Position numbers and translations under genes: made by a program
Shown: piece after piece, positions 28,627-35,900 of the stretch
How positions within the stretch are numbered: the stretch's first letter is position 1
Layout: each line of letters starts with the position of its first letter
Virus record (IMG/VR): IMGVR_UViG_3300044717_000012
Origin: an uncultured virus (IMG/VR IMGVR_UViG_3300044717_000012)
Lineage: Duplodnaviria > Heunggongvirae > Uroviricota > Caudoviricetes
Strand: one strand, 5' to 3'
DNA length: 64,000 nucleotides
The notes under the pieces: model-generated
Told to the model about the DNA's origin: nothing
The model's database searches: none
Seen by the model: only the letters and a program-made list of their open reading frames with translations

Positions 28627-28943
28627 GACGTAGCCGGGGTCGGCGGCTCGACTGGCGGGGGCACGGCGACCATGGGTGTGGTCGGGTGCGTGTCCTCAGC
28701 CAGGCCCGGGATGTAGGGCTTATCGCTGGCGCTGGACTGCATCGGCAACGCGGCGCTAGGTGCGTTGGTATCCCAGACCGCGGTGACCGTTTTCAGCGGG
28801 CCGGTACCGAGAATTTTGGTCTTGCCGGACAGCTTGGCATCACGGGGCATTCCCACGCGCTCGCAGGTGGCCAGGAAGTCATAGAGGTCCGCTAGCGTGT
28901 GCTGGCCGTTAAAGCTGCCGTCAATTGATACGCGCATGGCCAT
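28623..28943 (-). CDS. Hypothetical protein
   Basis: TAATG coupling. Confidence 0.55.
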   Translation of the reverse strand: MAMRVSIDGSFNGQHTLADLYDFLATCERVGMPRDAKLSGKTKILGTGPLKTVTAVWDTNAPSAALPMQSSASDKPYIPGLAEDTHPTTPMVAVPPPVEPPTPATS

Positions 28944-29122
28944 TACGCTTCCCTTGCCGTCAGTGATAATGGCAACCAGTCGACTACCTGTTCGTCCGAA
29001 AATATCTGCACCGTCAATCCCACATCGTCTTTCAAGTAAGTGAGTATCCAGTGGCCCTGATTGTTGAAATTGCATTCGGGGAAGTGTTGGGCCACGAAAC
29101 CATCAGGGCTCATTCGGGCCAT
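28943..29122 (-). CDS. Hypothetical protein
   Basis: Fills gap in operon. Confidence 0.5.
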   Translation of the reverse strand: MARMSPDGFVAQHFPECNFNNQGHWILTYLKDDVGLTVQIFSDEQVVDWLPLSLTAREA

Positions 29123-29132
29123 GCGTGTCTGG

Positions 29133-30149
29133 TCAGCCACGGCACAGCTCCGCTTGCTGGTGCAGCACTGTGTACACGTCATCCATAGATCGCTTACCAC
29201 GCAGGGCCAGGCCACACGATGCTCCCACGTCCACCGTGCGGGCCAGGAGGCTGTCAGCTAGCCCTACGATCGGCTGCAGCTGGCTAGCAGTGACGTGCTC
29301 ATGGCAGCATCCCAGCACCACCCGCACACCCTCTGGCACGCGTAGCCGTTTCAGGTCGGTGTACCAGCCCGGGTCAACAACTGGCGGCCGGGCTCCCTCA
29401 CACAGGGGCAAATGCACGTAGGCCAGGGTATACCCGCGCGGCCAGGTGTCACAGAGCTCATTAACCCAATCCACCAACGGCGTCAGGTGCGGCAGATTCG
29501 CCTTGGACTTATGATTGAGATCGCCCAAGCACGGGTGAATACCAATGCGCATGCCTTGCGGGCACTGCTTGACGAAATCAACCACGTGGGCAACCATTTT
29601 GCGGATGACCAGTGAGCGTGCCATGCCAGGGGATTTCAATGCGCCGATGAGCTCGTAGGGTGCCTCGATCGAGAACACCACGCTTTCATCATGCGTGTAG
29701 ATCTTCATGACGTCGCGCGCAGTCGCTCTAATAAATGATTTGTAATGTCGCAGATGCCGGCCCGGACCCACGGTAATCATGGATTGGTCAAATGGACTGG
29801 CAATACCTACCTGAGTTGTCAACGCCACACCATAGGATTTGATCAACCGCTGCGCTATCTCACTTTCCGCGCGGTAGATATCGTAGTAACCCAGATCGAG
29901 ATTACTCAAATCGCCTTTGGATGCAAGCACAGTCAGGTCATTATAATCAGTATTCCCACCTTGGCGTACTACCGAAAACAGATCGGTTTGTTTAGCCAGT
30001 TCCTCAGTGACACTAGCCGCCCAGTTCGGTCTCCCGGTGAATGGGCAGGGGAGGAACAAAAGATAAGGCCCCAAAGTAGAAAGGGCCAGATCGATTGATT
30101 CCTCTGTAGTTGTACCCGGCAGCGAGCCGGCCAGCCATGCACGGCGCAC
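29133..30149 (-). CDS. MetE/UROD-like TIM-barrel protein of unknown function
   Basis: L.GSLP start, QVGIASP, IE.PYE, GIHPCLGD..H, YVHLP, C-terminal SCGL (putative H-x-C..C metal ligands). Confidence 0.65.
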   Translation of the reverse strand: MRRAWLAGSLPGTTTEESIDLALSTLGPYLLFLPCPFTGRPNWAASVTEELAKQTDLFSVVRQGGNTDYNDLTVLASKGDLSNLDLGYYDIYRAESEIAQRLIKSYGVALTTQVGIASPFDQSMITVGPGRHLRHYKSFIRATARDVMKIYTHDESVVFSIEAPYELIGALKSPGMARSLVIRKMVAHVVDFVKQCPQGMRIGIHPCLGDLNHKSKANLPHLTPLVDWVNELCDTWPRGYTLAYVHLPLCEGARPPVVDPGWYTDLKRLRVPEGVRVVLGCCHEHVTASQLQPIVGLADSLLARTVDVGASCGLALRGKRSMDDVYTVLHQQAELCRG

Positions 30150-30178
30150 GAGATCGGCGCTCCCCTCGGTAGGTGGCA

Positions 30179-30217
30179 GTAACCCGCTGTTAACGATCCA
30201 GTTTGGCAGCGGGTTAC
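30179..30217. terminator. Stem-loop between peptide and MetE-like gene
   Basis: GTAACCCGCTG...CAGCGGGTTAC perfect 11-bp stem. Confidence 0.55.
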
Positions 30218-30244
30218 GCTCTGATCACCTACCGTGCGTGAGGG

Positions 30245-30418
30245 TCAGTCGTCATCGCACCACCGCGACTGCCAGCCGTAGTACCGGCCACACCACTGGC
30301 GCTCCCAGTGCCCGCGGTGCCGGCGGTGCTCGTACTCGTGCTGGTCACGGTCGTGATCACCGTGGTCACCCCGGCCGGTAACCCGGGTGCCTGAGCTGAA
30401 AATCTCGGAAACCTGCAT
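30245..30418 (-). CDS. 57-aa His/Arg/Asp/Trp-rich peptide
   Basis: Hand translation MQVSEIFSSG...GDHGDHDRDQHEYEHRRHRGHWERQWCGRYYGWQSRWCDDD; SD GAGGGAG. Confidence 0.6.
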   Translation of the reverse strand: MQVSEIFSSGTRVTGRGDHGDHDRDQHEYEHRRHRGHWERQWCGRYYGWQSRWCDDD

Positions 30419-30839
30419 AGCGACTCCCTCGCTAGATCTTTGGGTGGTCGCCGGTTGTATCGCCAGACGCGAGCCATCGGTTAGCGGCGTGGCGCAGCTG
30501 GCTTATATGTGGCCAGGTGGCCACCTACCCCTTGACTCTTTCGGGTGAATCTCAGCCCGAAATCAAGATCGAGAGTACGTAGAGAGCACCTACCAGCATC
30601 GTTACCAAGAGCACCGCGGCAGTAGCCAGCAACCCCGTCAAGATCATCATCTGAGTTGTCCCGCGGGCCAGCGATGTCTGGGTACGCAGGATCAGCCGGG
30701 GGTCCAAAGTGCTACACCCCGTTACATCGCAGGTCAGAGGGGCACTACAGCCCACTACGTGATCATCTGGGATGGCGCCAGGGACAACACTGGCACGATA
30801 AAGCCATAGTGCGGCAAGTAACCCGCCGGCAGCAAGGGG

Positions 30840-31031
30840 TCACCTTCGCTTGCTCGTGCGCGGCAGCCGACCATCCGGGCCACGGAGACTGGCGAGCTCA
30901 GAGACCTCTAGAGGATCAACCAGCCAGGCCCGGCCGCGGTGCGTGGCGGTCAGCCGGCCGGCAGTTATCCATGACCGGATGGTGCGCTCAGGTACTCCAG
31001 ACAGCCGCGCCGCGTCCTTTGTGGTCTCCAC
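30840..31031 (-). CDS. MerR/excisionase-like HTH protein
   Basis: TTKDAARLSGVPERTIRSWI..GRL. Confidence 0.75.
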   Translation of the reverse strand: METTKDAARLSGVPERTIRSWITAGRLTATHRGRAWLVDPLEVSELASLRGPDGRLPRTSKRR

Positions 31032-31701
31032 TGGTGCGCGTAACGAGAGCCCGGCGTTTCAGATGCTCTCGTAGCCGGTTGATCCGCTCGCCCGCGCTGC
31101 GCCAGGATTCGGTAGGCCATGGCTCGCGGTGCCGGCGGCAGTCCGGGTTACGGCAGCGCATCACTGCCGGCTCAATGCCCACCCGCACCGGGACGTAGGC
31201 CACTACCTCGAAAGCGCAGTAGCGGGAATCGATGATTTCCGGGCACGGACCTACCGGAAACCGGGTGCGGTGCGGTGGCAGGTCTATCACACTGCGAGCT
31301 CGGCACACTGCCCGGTCTATCTGGCAATAGGCGTCACCCGCAAAAACCAGCGCGCGCAACCAGTCCAGTCGATTGGCCAACCAGCCCGCCACCTCGCCCA
31401 GCGTGTTGGGAATCTCCCAGATGCTCGCCCGCGCATGGGCCACTTGCTGCGCCCAGTGCACCACCGCGCTGACCATCTCCGTGCTGGCCTCCGTCGCTCC
31501 GCTGGCAAACGGCAGGCCCTGCTCACCACCACGGCCGGCAGACACGCTCAGGACATCCCAGCGGGCATGGGTTAGCGCGAGCTCGTGATGCAGCTCAGGC
31601 ACCGCGCTCAGGTGGTCAGCGAGCCGATCTCCACAGAACTGGCATAGCGCCATCCCATCGCCGGGCGAGCGCGAGCACGTGACACAACACCGGGCAGGCA
31701 C
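30988..31701 (-). CDS. Cys-rich phage protein (possible late regulator)
   Basis: CxxC..LCxxC N-term, VGPCP...C..PDC C-term; precedes HTH. Confidence 0.65.
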   Translation of the reverse strand: MPARCCVTCSRSPGDGMALCQFCGDRLADHLSAVPELHHELALTHARWDVLSVSAGRGGEQGLPFASGATEASTEMVSAVVHWAQQVAHARASIWEIPNTLGEVAGWLANRLDWLRALVFAGDAYCQIDRAVCRARSVIDLPPHRTRFPVGPCPEIIDSRYCAFEVVAYVPVRVGIEPAVMRCRNPDCRRHREPWPTESWRSAGERINRLREHLKRRALVTRTSGDHKGRGAAVWST

Positions 31702-31877
31702 ATGGCCAATCAACCCACAACGGACGGTAAACGTTCTAGCCCACACTGGTTAGCTCTCGGTAAGCTGAGATACAATCGGCGTTGCGAGCTCTGGTTGACC
31801 ACCTACCCCGATCGGTGCACGACACAGACCCCGCAACGGTCCCCGCCGCTGAAACCCCCCTCAGTGGCGGGGATCAC

Positions 31878-32057
31878 CTACACCCAACCGTGTGAATGCA
31901 ACCATTCTTTATCCTCTTTTGTCAATACTTTACGTAATTCATACTGTTCTATCCAAAGAGTCATTACTGTACAACGACTACCGCGTACGCATTTTTTACA
32001 AGGACAATCCACAGTATATGGATCATCAGTAAAATTTAAGGGACCACACCACACCAT
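31878..32057 (-). CDS. 59-aa CPCxKC protein, paralog of 16959-17132
   Basis: Hand translation MVWCGPLNFTDDPYTVDCPCKKCVRGSRCTVMTLWIEQYELRKVLTKEDKEWLHSHGWV; SD AGGAGG. Confidence 0.7.
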   Translation of the reverse strand: MVWCGPLNFTDDPYTVDCPCKKCVRGSRCTVMTLWIEQYELRKVLTKEDKEWLHSHGWV

Positions 32058-32059
32058 GA

Positions 32060-32398
32060 TTACTGATTACCTCCTAACTCACCGCGTAGCATGTCACGCA
32101 ATGCATCCATCAATGCCGCGTGCGAGGTGTCCGTAGGTAGACCCAACACCTGCCGAATCTCATTGAGCTGACTCATAGCCGAATTAGCCAGATGCTCTAC
32201 CAGCATGAATTGCAGTGTAGTGGGTTCCATTACTGATTTGTCTCCTAACTCGCCACGGGGCATATCCCGGAACAGCCGCATCAGTTCTAGCACTTCCCCG
32301 TGTGATGCCGTGGCAGAGAGCCCGGCAGATAACCTGATCTCTTTGAGCTGATTGGACGCTGTCAGCAGTAGTATCTGCAGCTGGTTAAGCGCCAGCAT
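32060..32398 (-). CDS. Hypothetical protein with internal duplication
   Basis: QL.EIR..GL...SH...RDM.RGELG occurs twice. Confidence 0.65.
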   Translation of the reverse strand: MLALNQLQILLLTASNQLKEIRLSAGLSATASHGEVLELMRLFRDMPRGELGDKSVMEPTTLQFMLVEHLANSAMSQLNEIRQVLGLPTDTSHAALMDALRDMLRGELGGNQ

Positions 32399-32831
32399 CA
32401 GTCACCTCATCAATCTGTGCTATCAGCCGCTCAGTGTCCTCACGCTTAATCGCATCGAACGGGTATTCCGATTTACCGGACATCTCAGCCTTAGCCAACC
32501 ATCCCGGCCGTGGCTGTTCTACTGCCGGGTCAGGATCAGGAGGGCTACGAACTAGATCTGCCAAGAATCGTGCCTGATGTCTTACTGCCATACGCAATTG
32601 CTCGAATAACCCGGCTGTGGCATACAAGATGTGTCCTTCCTGAGTGCGTATGTTCGTGTCCAGATACAACACCTGATCAAGAGGCTCTAGCATTCTGGAC
32701 GGATCATTGTCTAGTTCCCAAAAACGCGGGTAGGGACGGGGCACCGGTACCCGCCATTGGATCGGCCGCTCGCGCAACTCAACTGTCTGACCCTCTGCCG
32801 GGCCACCACACAGTTGGATAATGACAGTCAT
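32385..32831 (-). CDS. Hypothetical protein
   Basis: L.GGPAEG N-terminus common in small phage proteins. Confidence 0.6.
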   Translation of the reverse strand: MTVIIQLCGGPAEGQTVELRERPIQWRVPVPRPYPRFWELDNDPSRMLEPLDQVLYLDTNIRTQEGHILYATAGLFEQLRMAVRHQARFLADLVRSPPDPDPAVEQPRPGWLAKAEMSGKSEYPFDAIKREDTERLIAQIDEVTDAGA

Positions 32832-32935
32832 ATCAGCACCCGTGTTTTTTCCGGTAATGTGCTTCTAACTTAGCCGGGGTAGTGCAGCCCTTACCACAAA
32901 GCATACAATACCATGCACGCCGTCTGCCCATTACT

Positions 32936-35900
32936 TTAGCCTTTCGCTAGTGGGTGGTCATTGGACAACCAACGGTCAGATGGGTTGATCCATTTGGGTT
33001 CGGCACCGATGCGCACGCCGTAGAGCTCTGAGGCCATGCACTGCCCTAGAGCTGCCATGGCCTCATCAGCCTCTGCCGCGGGCACAGTGGCCAGAATCTC
33101 ATCATGCACGGGCACAATGATGCCGTAGTCGCCCCACTTTGTCTGGCGCCACCTCAGCAAACCATCCACAAGAATTTCCCTAGCGGTCCCCTGCACATAG
33201 TAGTTAACGATCTTGTGCGGTGTCGCAGACGGCAGATGCAATACCCGGCCGGAATAAAGCTGTATTCGCTGCATTCCCGCTTTCGCGCGGTTGCGCAAAT
33301 CATAGCCCCAACGCTTAGCGTGTGGTGCCAGGTCATCCAACGCCCGGACCATTTCGGTAGCTTCCTCATCACTGCAGCCAACTGTACTAGCGATGCGTTG
33401 GATACCCGCGCCGTAGAGTTTGGCAAAGACGCCGTTTTTGACGTAACCATACTGGCGGGGTGTGTATCCAGAGCCATAGACCTGCTCAGCAATGATTTTA
33501 TGCAGCTTCCGGCCGCTGGCCACTAGCTCTAGCAATACCTCATCCTGCGATAGCGCGGCCAGCACCGCGACCTCAACGCCCGATAGGTCAGCGTCGATAA
33601 ACAGGTCACCGGGGTCACAAACGTAGCATTCTCGAATACCGCCGTGAGTCGGGATGTTCTGTAGGTTTTCATGCACGCAGCTAAATCGGCCAGTATCAGC
33701 TTGTAGCGTGTACACGGTGGACCGCATCCGGCCGTCTCCCTGAGTACACAGCAAATAATATGGCTTGAGATAAGTAGACAACACCCGCTGGTGGTGCCGA
33801 TAGGTCAATAAAGCATCCACCACGGGGGCCAAATCCACTGTGCGTGGCAGCCGGTCCAACACATCTGCCTTGACGCTGGGTTTCCGAGCTTTCTCAGTGA
33901 GTGGAATCTGACCAGGACCATCACCCACTACAGCACCGCGCCGTAGCAGCTCAACCGCGACTTGGTCATTACTGGACGGGTTGAGGATCCCAAACTCAGC
34001 CAGCCGTGCCACCGCTGCCGCTCGCTGCGGTGAGTGCTCGGCAATCTTGGTCTCGATGTGGTCGCGATCGAGCGCAATCCCCACGTAGGAAACCGCTCCT
34101 ACAGCCGCCTGTACGGCCACCTCCCGGGCGTAGACCGCGGGCGCCGGCATCGGTAGTGCCTCGCCCAGCGCGGCTGTGTCATGGATGTCAGAGACGGCGT
34201 AATCGATGCTCGTGCGGTACCGGGGGTCGGCGTTGGCCCAGCCAGAGCGCGAGCGGTCCACCCAGCCACCGCTGTCATCGTCCCTGCCAGCAGAGCCCTT
34301 GACTTTCGTGTCGGTCAGCCAGCCGCCAGCCTTAAACAGCGCCGCGCGCCGCGCATCAGCCGCTGGGCTGACCGGATCGGGCAGATGCAGCCGGGATTGG
34401 GCCTTGAGTCCGTCATCGTGGCTCTCGGTACCAACCGGGTTGTGTAGCTGGGATTGGATCACAACGTCACGAGCGCGCAGCCAGCCGCTGCGGTAATCGA
34501 TCATGCCGATGTAGGCCAGGTTGGATATCTCGACTGATGCGGAGTAGGCCTCAATCTCGGTTGCCTCGCTCAGTAGCAAGGTGCACACGGCGAACTGCAC
34601 CGGGTCAGTGACATCCCAGTCCGTGCCGGTGATCTTGTCGCCCAGCTGCAGCGTGCGCACGCCATAGTCGGGGTGCCCGATCGGGTAGGCGTTGGATTCG
34701 ATATCGGCAGTCACACGGCCAGCCCGGGCCGCCATCGTGGCTCGCAGCGCAGCGGCAGCCTCATCGATTGAGCACGAGCGGGCCGGCTGACCCCGCAGCT
34801 TGATCACCGGCAGCTCTAGGAGATCGCCGCCAGCCGCGGCCACCGCAGCCGCTCGCTTGGCCGCCGCGCGGTGCCCCCGGATCATCACCTCGACTTGCTT
34901 GATCTCGCCGGCCAGCTGACCCACTGTGTACGTGTACACGCCGTGCAGGGGATCTGCCTCGCTAGTTTTCTTGATCAACCTGTTGAGCTGGGTGCGCTGG
35001 GCTCGCAGGTCGGCTAGCCGCGCCGTGGCGCTGTCCTCATCCATTTGGGCTAGCGGCTCGCAGGCCGCGATTGGCGCGGGGCTGGCCGCGGGCTCCGTGA
35101 CTGGTTGGGAAAATATCCCGTCACACCCGTTGTTCGAGGTCACGGGCTCGAAATCGCCTCCTGTGACGGGTGACGGGTTACCCCCGGGTTTATCCCCATA
35201 TATTTGCTCAGAGATCATTAAGGGAGATTGATCTTCATTTTTTATGACAGCTCCATAGCTAGAAAAACCCGTCAACCCGTCACATAGATCAAAAATAAGA
35301 CTATTACTACTGGTAGGGGGAATGTTGATCTTGTGACGGGTTTGTGACGGGTCGTGTGACGGGTTGCAACCCGTCACAAGATCAGGTCTCGTTTCAGTCA
35401 CAGGAGGGTGAACGGCGGGTGAAGTTGATTGCGTGGTACACGGGGTTGATGAATCGGACATTTCACTCGTTTGATCTTGTGAAGATCGTTTGTTACTCTG
35501 TTCGTGTCCGCGATCAAGCTCAGCGCTCGCGGCGAGGTCACCATCACCATCCGTTTGGCTTAGTTTTTCGCAGACGCGGTCACTATCAGGGGAACGGGGG
35601 TCAGCAGATGCGGTTTCGTTTGCTTGTGCACAGTTCCGCATTTGCGGCTCCGTTTTGAGACCGGGGGTAGGCTCATGCGGAACTACAGGTGGGCTACCTA
35701 TGATCGTTTCAGTTGGGGATGTGGGCAGGTCGCCGGGGTTGTCAGACGGTGACGCACTACCCCCGTCAGGTGCCGTAGTCGGTGCCGCATCTGCGGAGGG
35801 GCCTGTTGATCTGGGTGCGGCATTGCGTTGGTCGTACTGGATCACTGTGAGCGGGGGCATAGGGGGCAGCGGTGCATGGATCGGTTGGCCCGGCCCAGGT

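Noticed and set aside
30150..30550. SAM or cobalamin riboswitch upstream of the MetE-like gene
   Set aside because: Could not match SAM-I/IV or B12 consensus by eye and the region holds a peptide ORF; an Rfam scan would settle it
35097..35402. Repeats as a CRISPR array, or the linker as an intein
   Set aside because: Units are 8 bp in mixed orientation without unique spacers; no intein terminal motifs or LAGLIDADG recognised
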